Shown one piece after another: positions 38,101 through 52,064 of a DNA stretch of 64,000 nucleotides. The translations under genes and the position numbers were made by a program. The notes under the pieces are model-generated. The model was given only the letters and a program-made list of their open reading frames with translations. It was not told the origin of the DNA and did not search any database. The stretch's first letter is position 1. Each line of letters begins with the position of its first letter. The stretch is taken from the NCBI GenBank assembly GCA_024137785.1, contig JAHRHZ010000271.1:25342554-25406553 (forward strand). Direction: 5' to 3'. This stretch comes from Ginglymostoma cirratum. Its lineage: Eukaryota.

Positions 38101-41100
38101 TTCTGTGACAAAATACGCACATGGCTACAATTAAAGCTGGAAACTTGTCTGAACAGTTGATGAGTAAATAGATATTTAAGAGATGGCTTTTTTGGTGACG
38201 TGCACTGTAAAGAAAATGTTGATTACAACATTGGAGAGTATGTGGATATTCGCTGGAGGAGTACAGACTTATCAGCTTGGGTGTAAAGTAAGGGAAGTCG
38301 GATAAATATGATCAAAATATTTCAAAAATGAAATTGCCCATTTTATTTGCAACAAGAAATGTGCTTGATGTTGGTATTATATTTAATTCTTTGAAAAGGC
38401 ATTTTTTAAACAAAACGCAAATTGTCAATCTTTGGCTAGAAATTAAACATTCTGCCCTCAATCTTTCTCTTTAACAATATAATGCTTTTCACATTGGAAA
38501 GGGTTGGCAGCAGGAATTAGTTTCATGTTGAGAAAATGGATTAAATTAAACCTACTTTGGTTCCAGAAACAGCACATTGCCTGTAAACATTTTGGAACGT
38601 ATATTAAAGTGTTGGGGGGCCGTGCTGTGTTTGTGTTGTACTGTATGTAACTGGAGATGTGTTCTCATTGAAACTACTAAATAATTCACAATTTGACACA
38701 GCTTCAGCTGTCATGCTGAAATTTATGATAATGAAAGTGGATTACACTGACATTGATACTGTATAGAAAGGTCTGTGGCAGGAGGCATAGCATTTTGAAT
38801 AGAGTATTTTTCAAAAGAACCTATCGCCTTAGCCAGCTTATCCTCTTAAACATTCTTTTCATTTTTGTTGCCATGTTCCAGTACTTGAAATTTAAGATTA
38901 AAAGGATATCCAGAGTTAACAAAATGTGATTATTTTAAACTGTTGCAGCAGTCGCTTTGAACCAGTGCAGAAGTTTTCAAGGTCATTACGTAATGGTTGA
39001 CTGAACAGCTGATCAGTCAGCTGTACTGTAATGTCCTATCCATATGTGCACTTCAAATACAGCACAAATCAACAACTCCTCAAAGCAGGAAATGGGACGA
39101 AAAATGTAATGTGAAAAACTGTCTTTGGATGGCTCATGCAATCGGAACCAACATTTCAATTCACCTCCGTACTGTCTTGTTCACTTAAACATGAATAATC
39201 TGGAAAACATGGGGCAATCAGGCAGAGAACTTTTAAGAATCAAAGAATGTCTTTGCCTGCATTCATTATTCACCTTTTCGGTTATTCACTTGAGTGGTTG
39301 CAGGACATCTGTTCAGATTGAGTTTTTCCTTTTGATTATTTAATTAGTACTTGCAGCTGGGGTTTTAACTCATTCACATTTTTTTTTAAAAGTCTGGGCA
39401 TTAATGGTGTGATTTAAAAGCCTTACAGATCCTGTCATGTTGCCTGGTGCTCTTTTCTTAGACTATTGCTTTCTGTTCTCCCATTAAAACTGCAATTTCT
39501 CTGGTGCGCTTTCTTTGTATTCTATTTGAATTATTTTGTGATCCATTCTCTTAGTGCAGTGTAGTTCAGGTATGATGTGATATTTGCTGTGGTGTTTTAC
39601 TTCCCTGTTGATAGGGTACACATTAAGCAGGTTTTCATTGGTTTGGTCTCCGTGATTGGACTGACATCCATTTTTACTGAAATTAACCGAACTGCATTGG
39701 ATTTCTTTGAATAATTTTTGATACAGATAGACTACAAATTTCAGCCATCTGCAGTTGTGTTATGAATGGGCTTTTGGTTACACCACAGTCTATGAATGAG
39801 TGAGTAAAATAATGTTGATTTGAAATTGGAGAGTTTCCTAGTTTAGGTCAGTGATGTGTGAAATGAACTTTTAGGCTGATTTGAATACTGCTTCTAAATA
39901 AGCTTTTATTTACCTGAATAATATTTGCTTATGCCATACATAATCATTTTTTCAATGTCTGCTTATGTTACGTTGTTGTGACAATGAAGAGGGTGTCAGT
40001 GAAGTCCAGTTGATTAAATGCCCTGTATGCTGGAAACGTAATCATGCAGACGATACGATATGTCTGACATGCAGGAGTTTAACTTTTTGTGCAATGTCTT
40101 GACTTGAAAAATCCTTCTTTGAGTTCTTTTTCTAATAGTCAATCAATCTTAATTCAGTCAAGTGACGTACTAATTTAAATCATTTTTCCTCATCTACATG
40201 CTTTTGCATGGCTCTGTCTTGTTCCTAGAACAATGGTGATTTGCTGTTCTCTATACCCAATACCACAGTAAAGAATTCTGAGCAAGGGCCTTAATCCTAA
40301 AATGTTGAGCTTGTTCCTCAGTAGATACTGCTGAACATTGTGAGCAATTTCTGTTTTTAACCGCACAGATCCTCCTTATCCCCTTGTAGTCAACTTAAGT
40401 TCTGGATGAGAAGGTCCATTGGGAGACATTCTCGACCTGCCAACTATTAAGGTCCTTGAGTGGTAAAAGAGCCTCAACTTGCCACTGCCCCAGTTTGCTT
40501 GGCTTTCTAGAAGACAGTGGGAAAGTGGCTGAAACCAGGGCAACCTGCCTATCAGGTGAAGGAACACAGGACCTCAGATTGCCCATGTTTATGGGCATTT
40601 GGAGACACAAATACAGGCCAGGGGAGGTTTCTGGAAACCATTCCTTGCCCTTGCATCCAACCTTTTGATTCCTTCTCCTTACAGAGATGGTAAAAAAACA
40701 CTTAACTTCTCACAAGGTATCCTAAGAAGTAGGCCTTGATCAACAGATTTTAGGACCCTGAAGCTACTTGGCTCTGATAAGCTGCTTCTGGGCACCCTGG
40801 GTGTCAATTTCACAGCCTGTGAAAGCTTGAAACTTGCCTAAGCTCTGCCTGTCAATGCTTATGAGCTGATAGGCGTTCATTGGGTGGAGGTATCCAGGTG
40901 ATGAGGGTAGCAGGTTTCTCACACACCCCACAAATTTAGACTAAAATTTGTTAAAGTTGCAGCTGGAGTTACAATTGAGTCCCTGTTTTTCCCACTTGGA
41001 TCTTTAAAATGTGCAATTACTGTAACTGATGCTCCTCTAGAAAGCTGCACATGTCAGGGCTTGCATCTAGTGGTGGAATGTGAGTTCCATAATACTGCAG

Positions 41101-42549
41101 ACTAGTGCGTAGGGAATTGCAATGCTGTACAACTTATGCCTGCTCCATTCTAACAAGTCTAATACATGCTGGAATTCTTATTTTGAAAGCAGATACTGGA
41201 TCTCTCCTCCTCTGGAATCTGATCTTTGATCATTGTATTTCACTTGCAATAATCCTGCTTATAAAAGAGCATGGCAGTCCAACATTGATGTCAAGCAGAT
41301 TAAGTTCTTAATAGTCGGTTGTTGATTCCTTGTCCATCCTTAACTCAGATGAGCAGTTGTCTGAGAGGGGCGTTCCATTCTGTTATTTTCATAGGTTCCA
41401 CGTTAATTTTTTAACCTTTCAAACAATTACATCAACTATATAAAATGTAGTTTTATTTTAATATGCTTGGTGTCTTGGAATTCCAAAGATATTTTAAAAA
41501 AATACCAGAAGATTTGGATTTTTCAAACTTAAACTTTGCTTGCATGCTAGGTTCACAGTCCCAGAAAGAGAGATTAAGTCTGGCACAATTCCTCCTAGAA
41601 GCTTCCAAAATGTCTATGGAAGATCAAAGAAATTGTCTTTGCAGTGAAGTGAAGGTATTGAATGGATCTTGGGGGTCCAGAAAGTCTGGTGAATAGCATT
41701 TGAGTTGAAGTAGAATAGATTCAATTTAAGGTCCATGGCAATTGCTTTACAGCCATAAAATGTGTTAGTCCCTAGAGTCTCGCTTTATTTACCATGATTG
41801 TTTGATCAGAGCCTCAAACCTGTGTCCATTAGCGTTAATCCTTAAATTCCTATTCTCATGCAAACGGAACCCATAATAAAGCACTGCTTGGTTTCCAATA
41901 GCATTAAAAAGCTATTGGAAGATCAAAGCTTTTTGTCTGCACTACAACAGCTCTGTGGCATCTTACTCATGTTTTCTCTAATCTTACATATGCTCTTTTT
42001 TTGAGCCTGAATCATGTCACCTCAATTTTTTTAGTGAAATATGTTTATTTAGAGTTTGAAGGTAATGAGAATAAAACATGAATGTTAATCTTTATAATTG
42101 CCCTCTGAATGTGATCAACACATTCATTGTATTAATTTGAGTACTGCATTACATCAGATAAATTTGGCACTATGCTCATATGAATGGAAGTTTACTAAAT
42201 TCATTAGTATGTTAGGAGGTTACATGTAGACAGTGAAATGTTTGAATCTCCTCTGTCTCTCTGAGATCATAAACATAGGATAATGAAAGAAGCTCACTCT
42301 CTTAGTATGTTGCTTCTGCTTATTAAACCAGATTTTGAAAAGTACGTTTACAGAAACGTGTTGTGGATGAAATGTCTCTCTGGATTTTTTTTTAACCTGC
42401 TCACCCTGGGGAGCAAATTTATGCAAATTGGCACATTTGCAATTTAATGGCCTTCTGGATAAATGGTTCTGGGCTTCAGTTCAGGTACCAGCCTCCTGTA
42501 GCGATGCGTGCTCTCTCATTCTAAAACACAAGGGGAAATTGATTAAACA

Positions 42550-42715
42550 AAAAAAAAACTGTGGATGCTGGAAATCGGAAACAAAAATACAAATTGATGA
42601 AAAATCTCAGCAGGTCTGGCAGCATCTGTGGAGAGAAAGCAGAGTGAATATTTCAGTTACAGTGAACTTTCTTCAGAATGGTTCTTCAGACCTGAGTTTT
42701 TCCAGCAATTTGTTT
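42550..42715 (-). mobile_element. Penelope-like terminal fragment with hammerhead core and a short inverted tail
   Basis: actgtggatgctggaaatcggaaacaaaa...ctcagcaggtctggcagcatctgtggagagaaagcagag, then inverted ctgagtttttccagcaattt. Confidence 0.7.
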
Positions 42716-45649
42716 GCGTGTCTGTGGGGAGAGTGACCAAAATGTATTGAGGAAATACGAACTCAGCAATCACAAAACTATGCAACAAAAGCAGGAAATG
42801 TTTAAAATAGTCAGCATGTCAGACAGCATCTGTGAAGAATGAATGATTTATTTACTGTCACTTGCATCTTTAGAATGAATAATACAGTAAAATACAATGA
42901 AAAGCTTCAACAGTCTCCACAATTTGGTGCTGTTTTGAATAGTTTGAGTAAAAAGGATGAAAGATGTAACTGAAAGAGACTCCTGACCCGTGAGCTGAAC
43001 TGGAGTAAGCATTTCTGGTCTGTTACTACTTCTGTAGTATTGTGCTCTTCTACTGATGAAGTATTAAATGTGGCCAGTAATAATTTTCAGATAACATTAT
43101 GAAGTGTACCCATGTAAAGGCTGCTACTTTGCACCCCCATAAGATAAATGAGAAGAGGGGATGTTTCAATTTTGTAAACTTGCTTCCATATTAGTGAATT
43201 TGAGCTTGGTTGCAGTTTTAGTTTGCAGTTTTAGTTTGCACTCTTCTGAGAAGTGCCAGAAAAAGCTTTAATTGTTTCAACAGCAATCATGCTATCTATA
43301 GTGTGCTGTCATGATTGTTCTCCTAACAGCTTAAACTAAACTGAAGTATCTTCGCATGTTAATATTGATCTCCTAGAAAGCATACTCAGTATACTAAGAG
43401 TTTGGTGTGTAATTAAGGGGAGTTTTGACTTTGTGACCATGTAAAATGGTGACAGCAAATTGCTGGTCTGCTTTGCAGGATGTTTCATGTTCATTTTGTT
43501 GGCTTCAGTGGCAATAAAAGATGTTCAAGGTGTGTAATAACCCAGTTTATACTTAAACTCCAAATTTACTGTCAATTTCTCTCTGTGGTTTTTTTTGTGT
43601 GATGCACGTGTGTTTAAATTAAATTGATGAATCGATGGTTTCCCATTTCTTCTTGTATTATTGCTTTTGGAAAGAGTTACAGAAAACCTGCCTCTGACAA
43701 GTGTCCAGTCCTGGATATCATTAATCTGCCTGTCCCCCCAGCACTACCTTCTCCCCAAGCTTTCTTCTCATAATGAGGCTGACAGTGTGCTCCTATTGAA
43801 TTCTTCCAGGAACACATACAACTCTCTGCTGCATCCAAGTAATCAGTCTTCAAGAAGCATGGCTATTTATCACAGAAGGAATTGCAGCAGCATTTGATTA
43901 TCTAAATTTGCATGTTTTATGAGATTACAACATGAAGCCAGAGTGCTTCCTGAGTTTTGCTCTCTGACTTGCCTTAGCTTGCCTATAATAGTTGCAGCAT
44001 CCCACCTGCTGCCATGGCTGAGATCGAATCCTATAGTTATGTTGCTTATTTAAAACCTTTTCTCCATTAGTATAATTTGCAGTTTGACTTGTTTGATTTT
44101 GAAGAAATTGGATATTGGGCACAGTTGTGATACCACCTGGAAGAGGCTGCCTGACATCATAAGGAAGGGTTTAAGTTGATTCAAAACATTGATTTTAAAA
44201 GTTTATGTAAAAAGCCTGAGTGGAATTTTACACTGCCAGTTTTTGTTGGTATTTTACAAATTCATGTCAATGATCAGAAATATCATGTGTGTCCTATAAC
44301 AATCAGCATCCTTCTTTACTCTTGTTTTGTTCCCTGTCTAGAATGCTGATTCTTAGGATTACTAAATGGGCAATTCTGGCTGATGAACATAAAAATTGGT
44401 TCACTCTGACTAAAATGCACTTTCAGTTTAATTATTTTTGATCCTGCTTTGTTCCAAAGCCACTGTGGTAGATGCCACACAGAAAGCAATCTGTTGTAGC
44501 CTGTGGCTGGCTGTGACCGGCTGATTTCGTGGTGACAGCATCCGAGGTAGATTATGGGTCACAGGAATTTGGGTCAGTGATGCCAGGTCTTGATCCCATC
44601 TGCAGTTTTTCTAACAATATCAAGTATCTGCAATATGTAGACAACCTTTCCTTTCATCATTCCTGCCTCCATTCCTTGTATTGTAGATACTGTTTTCTTT
44701 CTTTCTTCCCATTTATCCAACTTCTGATCCTGACTGTGGTGTCTTATACCAAATTAAAAGAAGGAAAGCACTTCGGTGCTACAGTGTGTCAGCATTATTC
44801 GCTCTTTGGGCCCAAGAGTGGGGAATGTTATCAATGTTTGACCTTTCACACTAATATGAAGTATATGGTGCTGTTTGAATCTTTGGGAGATTCCACTTCA
44901 AGTCTGAAACCAACATATTCCTTCCAAGTGTAGAAAGATTTGTAATTTAAGTAGAATTGACATCATTTATACAAAGCAAGCTTATGCAGCTAGCAATGAC
45001 TTGAATGACATTAATTTCATTTTGGTGGCTGAAGGAAGAATTTTGTCTCGAGATCCTGGGAACATTCATTCTTTGTATTATTTGAATAGTTGTTTTTTAA
45101 ATGTTCATTGAACAGTGAGTTAGGACCAAAGTTTATGATTTTATCTGGAAAATAGCATTCATGCCAGCCTAGGTTATGTGCACAAGTTCAGCTTTAGAGC
45201 CTACATTTTCTGATTCTGAGATAAGTATGCTACCAACTGAGTGAAACTGATATCAAAAAGTCTAACCTTAGCTGTGCAACATGAAATACCAAGAAGAGAC
45301 TTGGAACCTTTCTGGAGTGGGGGAAGGATAGCAGGAAGGAGGTATTCAGTTGGAGTCCCAGGCCAATTTTGTAATGGTCAGAAATAAAATAACATAAAAT
45401 ATTAGAACTATTCAGCAAGTGAGATGATGGCTCTGAAGAGAAACTGAGACTTCCTGATGTTTTCCGTTCCTGTATTTCAGATTTCCAACATCTGCAAAAT
45501 TTTGCTTTGTACAATGTTGAAACTTTGTTCCAGATATTCTTTATTCAGGTTCAGCTAGATTGTTCATTCCAAAGGAAAGCCATTACATATCTTTATGATC
45601 TTGAATACATCTTTATTTCTCCATTTGTTTCCTGAGTAGTGTGACCCAT

Positions 45650-46765
45650 GGGTGACAATAGAATAGGCTTTTGGTAAGGTCCCAGTAAGAGATGAGCATT
45701 TAAAATTTAAGTATATAGGATTAGAGATAGTGTTCTGAATTGAATAGGGAATAGATGCAGCTTAGGAGTAAATGGGTCACATTTTGAGTGATAGACAGTG
45801 GGATATTACAGGGCTCAGTACTTGGTCCCCAGTTATTCACAATAAATGTTAATGATTTAAATTAAGGAACTAAATTGAATATCTCCACGTTTGCAGATGA
45901 CACTAACCTGGGTGAGGCAGTAATCTGTGAGGAGGATGTAGAGATGCCAGAGTGTGATTTGCACAAGTTGAGTGAGAAGAAGTATAATATGGATAAATGG
46001 GCGATTATCTGCTTTAGCAGCAAAAGCAGGAAGGCAAGTTATTTATCTACATGGTAAAAGATTGGGAAGGTGGGAGATGCAGTGAGACTTGGGTGTCCTT
46101 GTACACCAGTTGCTGAAAGTAAGCATGCAGGTGCAGCAGGCAATGAAGGATGGTTTGTTGGCCTTGATGACAATGAGAGGATTTTAGTACAGCAGCAGTG
46201 ATTTCTTGTGGTCGTCCGAGGCATCGGCGACACCACACCTGGACTATTATGTGCAGTTTTGGTCTCCTTATTGGAGGATGGGTGTTCTGGCAAAGGATGG
46301 AGTTCATCGAAGGTTTATCAGACAGATTCTTGCAGTGGCAGGACTGATGTATGAAGAGAGACCCCATCAGTTAGGACTGTATTCTCTGATGGGGACTCTT
46401 GTAGAAATTACAAAATTCTAACAGGACTAGATAAGGTAAATGCAGAAAGGATGTTCCCAATGACTGTGGAGGTCAGAATCCGGGGTCATGGTTTAAGGAT
46501 ATGGGGTAGACCATTTAAGACCAAGATAAAGAGAAATGTCTACAGCAAGAGTGTGGTGAATGTATGGAATTCAATGTCGCAAAGTGGTTGAGCCCAAAAC
46601 CTCAAATGTTTTCAAGAGGACATCAAATATTGTTCTTCAAGCTAAAGGAATCGAAGGGTATGGGGAGAAAGCTGGAACAGGGTACTAAGTTGGATGATCA
46701 GTCATGATCATATTGAATGGTTGAACAGGTTTGAAGTGCGGAATGTCCTATAATTTTCTATTTTC
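45650..46765 (+). mobile_element. CR1 LINE RT and 3' end, degenerate
   Basis: QGSVLGPQLFTI.VNDL, ISTFADDTNLG, PHLDYYVQFWSPY motifs; 3' tail gatcagtcatgatcatattgaatgg. Confidence 0.9.
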
Positions 46766-49365
46766 TCACAAGTTGTGTGAAGCAATGGTGGCGGTGTGGC
46801 CCGTTTCATAAATATGTAAACAGTATATAAACAAATAATGTACAGTCTTTTTTACTGAGAGACCAATTGTGTTCATTATGTTGTTCAACCAAGGAAAAGA
46901 CTGAAGCTGCAACTTACTGATTCTTTGAATTTCTCTCCTAGCTACTCCGCTGAATCTAGCATCTATCTCACAACTTTAAAGTATGAATGGCTGCTGAGAC
47001 ACAACCCAAAATATCTCCTGAGAACTGAGAGCCAGACCCTTGATTCTGAGAAACTAATAGATCAGCCCACTGGCATTGAACTGCCTTCCTGTGCACAGGA
47101 GAGTGTAATACTCTCAAATGTCTGTTCCACCCAAATCCCTGTATAAAAGTTTGCCTGGACGTTGAGTTATCACCTGGGAATTAGCATTCTTACCTCTAGA
47201 CTAAGAGTCCCAAGTTCAAGTCCCACCTGCTGTAGCGGTGTATAATAATAACAGGTTAGTTATTTAATGATTAACATGCTGTTTGGTGTCTGCCAGTGGT
47301 CTGATATTAGGAAAAAAATGATATATCTGATCATCACTTAAAGGTCATCATTTCAGAAATCTAATTCAGGCAATATAAGTAAAATCCAACAATTGGAATC
47401 ATTTTCAAACATCTTTAGAGCCTCCATTCAAAGACTGCATTAAAAAGCCAGACAAAAGTTTGTTTGTCAGCTAAGTGGTCATGGATGATGTATGGCATGT
47501 GTGTGTGTCCGTAATGCCACGGGGATTCATGCCTGCAAAACAAAAACTGCAATTGGAGTCATTTTCCACAAACCAAACAGGAATAGTATAAATCGGGAGT
47601 ATTGGGGTATCTATAGCACAGAAGGATGTTCTGTTTATGAACTGACTGAATAAACACTAGGTATCAGAATTATTTTAATTATTTGATCAATTAACAACAC
47701 GACTGAAATGCTGCCATACTTTATTGAAGCTGATTGCTTTTTGATAACGCACAAAGTAAATTGCTTGAAATTACTTAGGAAGGCTTTGGTAATAGACAGA
47801 CTAGAGCTGAGTGTCACGTGACAATGTGTAAGTTGAAAAGGCCAAGAATGCAGATAAAGATGTGGGGGGGAGAAATGTGGAGAATAGTCACCAATAAATC
47901 CAACAAGGAATTTATGAGCCATTTCTTTAGCTGAGGGGTAGTAAGGACATGGGGCATGTTACCACAAGGAGTATAGCATAATCTGCATTTAAGGAGAAGT
48001 TAGGTAAGTACGTGGAAGAGAAAATGAAATGTTGGGCCAAATGGTCTGTCACTGAAATGGAAAATTTCCGTGCAATTTAGTGATTCAGGTTGTGGAAGAG
48101 CAATATCCGAGCCTAGCTTTCCATGTTTGGAATTTCAAAATTGGTTATCTGATGTTGAATGCATAATAATTTTGAATGTGAGATCATCCATACTTCTCTA
48201 ATCCTAGTAATCAAATGTGTGAAACAGAACTCACAAATACTGAATATTTCCCACAAAACAATGATGAAAATATATTCAAATAATGTGCCCAAATGCCCCT
48301 TGAGCCTTTCCTCAATGAACAAATTGTGCAATAGCCAGATGTGAAGTGGGTATCTAAATTACTTCACGACAGTCCATTTCGTTACAACTAATGACTTATC
48401 ACTGCTTCATCTAACCAGCTCCATTAAAATGAGTCAATTAGAATGACAACATTTTCATTATTGGAATTAATAAACCAATCACGAATGGTATCTTGCCAAT
48501 TATGCAAGTACTATAAATCAGGTAATTGACTTCACATTGTTATTTTATCAAACAGTGAGCCACACTCGAGAGAGACCTCATCTGCTCTTCATGTCCAGTA
48601 TCATTTGTGTGGCTTATCTTTTCAGGGAACTATTAATTCCGCCTGTGAATCTTCATTCTTTCGCTTTTAAAATTAGCCAGATAATTGGCCTGATTTGTTC
48701 TGGCCTGGAACCAGAAAGGGTGGCTTATGTGGATAATTGTAACATTGCAACTGTCTATGCCCATACTGTCGTCTTAGTGTCTCCATAGGTGGAATGTACC
48801 AAAACATTGTACTACTTCAAAGGCTGCAGGTGCTAAAGGTTGTGTTCTAATGAAAGCTGTCCTTGTTTTAAAAAATAACTGGTTCAGCTGTCTAAAAGCT
48901 AGTCATAGCCCATTGTTCATAAAAGGGTTTTGTTTTCCCCCTTCAAGCAGTTTTTTTTGCTTGACGGGGCCTTTAATTTTCTCCACATTCCTTGTTTCAA
49001 TGTATTATTAAACTTGAAAGCAAATACTTAATATTTTGACTGTATACTTAAATAGGGAGTCTCACATGCGGAAAAAGAGATCAATCAATCATAAAATTAA
49101 ACTACGCCTATCTTAAAGTCCTAAGAGTTGCATTTTGCCCCCAGCTTATGAAAATGAATAAAAGGCTACTTTCCTGGCTAATATCCTTTTTTTTGTGTCT
49201 CTACAGTCCTTTTCATGTATGGTTAAAAAAAATGAATGGCGGAGAAGACTTGTGGACTTGTTGGGCTGAACGGCCTGTTTCCATGCTGTGGGGATTCTTT
49301 TTAAAAATGCCTTCTATGTGGATCATCTTAGAATATTGCTGAACATAACTTCACTCGAATGGTTA

Positions 49366-49582
49366 CAGTTAGTTCTGCTATAACACAATAGTTGCATTCT
49401 TGTGCAACCTCATGCTATAGAAAATTGCGCTATGGAAAATCGTCAGAGAAAATCGCGTTATAGGGAAATTGCTATACCCGTACAGCAGAAAGTTCGTATT
49501 GTCCAATCGTCAATCATCAATTCATCAATCACATTATAGCCAATTCATGTTAATGAACCATACATTATAGCAGAAATACCTG
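49366..49582. mobile_element. Tc1/mariner (Tigger-like) MITE, copy 1
   Basis: TIRs cagttagttctgctataa / ttatagcagaaatacctg; TA at 49364-49365 and 49583-49584. Confidence 0.8.
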
Positions 49583-49858
49583 TACTGCTCTATTTGTGGG
49601 TTGCCATCAGAAAATTTGATTTATAGCCAGAAACCCTGATGATTACTTTGTGTTATGATATGGAGACAATCCAATCTAATCAGCCTCCATTCTTCTGGAT
49701 TTGTAACATTGTAACATTAAAATACTCAATGACTCTCAAAATTAACCCCAAACTCCTAACCAGACTTTTCAAATAACTAGTGCCAGATTTTGTGAATAGT
49801 GAATACCAGACACCAGGTTCTGAGCAAGGACTAAAGATTTAAGAATTTATTGATAATA

Positions 49859-50016
49859 CAGGTATTTCTCCTATAATGCGATAGTTGTGTTCTTGTATGA
49901 CCTCGCACCATAGAAAATTACCTTATAGGGCAATCACACATATCTGTACAGCAGAAAGCTTGCATTATCCAAACAGCAGCCACTATTCATCAATTGTGTT
50001 ATAGCAGAAATACCTT
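49859..50016. mobile_element. Tc1/mariner (Tigger-like) MITE, copy 2
   Basis: TIRs caggtatttctcctataa / ttatagcagaaatacctt; TA at 49857-49858 and 50017-50018; body homologous to copy 1. Confidence 0.8.
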
Positions 50017-52064
50017 TACAATAGCTTTAGCAGACCAGGATTAAACCACAAGGTAAAATGACAATGATTTAAACCCAGTTTTTTTTATTCTAGGCCCTGC
50101 TCTCTAAGACTTACAAACAGATATAGTTAAAGGATAAATCAAAAGGGAAAATTATGAGATGTAACTGGCCAGTTCACTTAAGTGAACGCCACGATCTGTA
50201 ACGTCACTGGCTTGTCAAATTATATCTTGCTTGGTTTTTGATGGCACTGATGCATGCAGCTAGCTTCCACTGGGCACTGAGGAATATTCATTTAATTTTT
50301 ATAACTGGGATTCTATACTCTGAACTTTTCAATAAGTTCATAATGAGAGGTCAACAAGGAAGCAATCAAACCTCTGCCCTGTGGCTTTCAGAGGCACAAC
50401 CCTTCTGACCAAAATGCAGTTCAAAAACCAGTTCCAACTCTGGCCTTTCTTTGCCAGACTGATCGTCACCCCACGAGATCCCAGTTAACATTCAGCATCT
50501 GCTCAAGCATAAGGCTTCTCTGGTGTTCTAGTATCTATAGAGCATGGCGCATTTTAATGAGAAACACCTGCACTTAACTTTTAGGCCTGTCTCAAACAAA
50601 TATCAGCCTGTTTGTTTTTTAAGCACAAGCTACTGCTCACAGTCCAATAGTCATCTTTCAGCTCTCAGGTCACAGTTCATAGTTGCAAACCAAAACAAAA
50701 AGCAAAATATTGAAAAATTAACAAGGGTTCTAAAACTTGATAATTATCATATAAGATTGCCAGGTGTCCCTGAAATCACAATGGTAACTTTTACAGGAAG
50801 AGAGAACTGGTTTCAACAAGAGACTATATAGATGTCATTGCAGAAGTGGGTATATTCTATTGGTTACCAATTAGTATGAAAACCATAGAAACATTTTGCT
50901 GGGAATGAAAGTCGCATAGAATAGCATTAATAGAGTAGCTGAAATTGAGAAAAGAAGTTGAAGTCTTGCCTCTTGCACTCATCAGGACTAAGATACAAGA
51001 AACAAACTTGGTTATTAAAAAAAGAGACACCATTTTAAGTGGAAGAGGCACCAATTAGTTGGTCATCATTGACGTGCATGCAACAAGAACAACTACCTGT
51101 CAATCTCATTTCTCAGATCAGGCAAGTAGTCTCTGATCGGGGTGTTACTATGGCAATACAGTAGCAATCGGCAGTTAACATGATTTCAGTTTCTCCCATG
51201 TAAAAGGTGCAAAGTATGTATAAATTCCTTTTGCCTACATAAATCCAGGTTCTGTGCATGTCCAAATGCATCCCTGTGCCTGACTAATGTTCTAAAATTG
51301 GTTTCCATCGTAATTCTTTGATATACATAGTGTTTTCCTATCAAAAGAAGGGATGCTTTGGTCAGGGACGTAAAAGTGGATTTGGTCATGATGACACATG
51401 GCTGAGGTAGCAAATGATACTTTTCATCTGTCTTTACCAAGGAAGAACATACTTCCAAGTTGTGGTGAAAAAGGACGTAGTTGAGATGCTGAATAGGCAA
51501 GAAACTGATAGTGGCGGTATTAAAAATGCTGAGCTGTTCTCTACATTAATAAATTACCAGCATCGGTACCTTCAGGGATGCTAAGTGATCTAAGAGTGGT
51601 AATTAGTAGTGTTCATAATCTTTCAATTCTTCTTGAATTCGAGGCGCCATGTTCAAAAATGTTAAGAATAATTCAGGATGTATAAACTGGTCCTTTTATC
51701 CTCAGCATTGGAATTGCTTTTATGAAGTTTTAGAATTGAAAACAGAATTTTCAGTAACTTGAACAAATGTGGATTAATTAAGGGAAGCCAGTGTGAATTT
51801 GTTAGCAGAGGATTTAATTCCTTTGAGTTTTTTAATAAGGTAATTGAGAGGGACAAGAAATGTCACTGCACAGAGGAATATTCAACACATCGTCCTGACA
51901 TACCCCTACATCTCGGGCTACCTACGTTAATGGCTCCTTTCATGTTCTTCCTTTTCAAAAACTTATCCAATTGACTCTACATGTTATAGTCTCTATCCTA
52001 ATAACCATCTGTGGTAATGCATCCAATGAAGGACAAAATTTCGGAAGGCAAAAGGGATTGCTAA

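Noticed and set aside
47388-47575. Short direct repeat caattggartcattttc about 160 bp apart
   Set aside because: Only two copies of about 17 bp; not an array, and CRISPR is implausible in vertebrate DNA.
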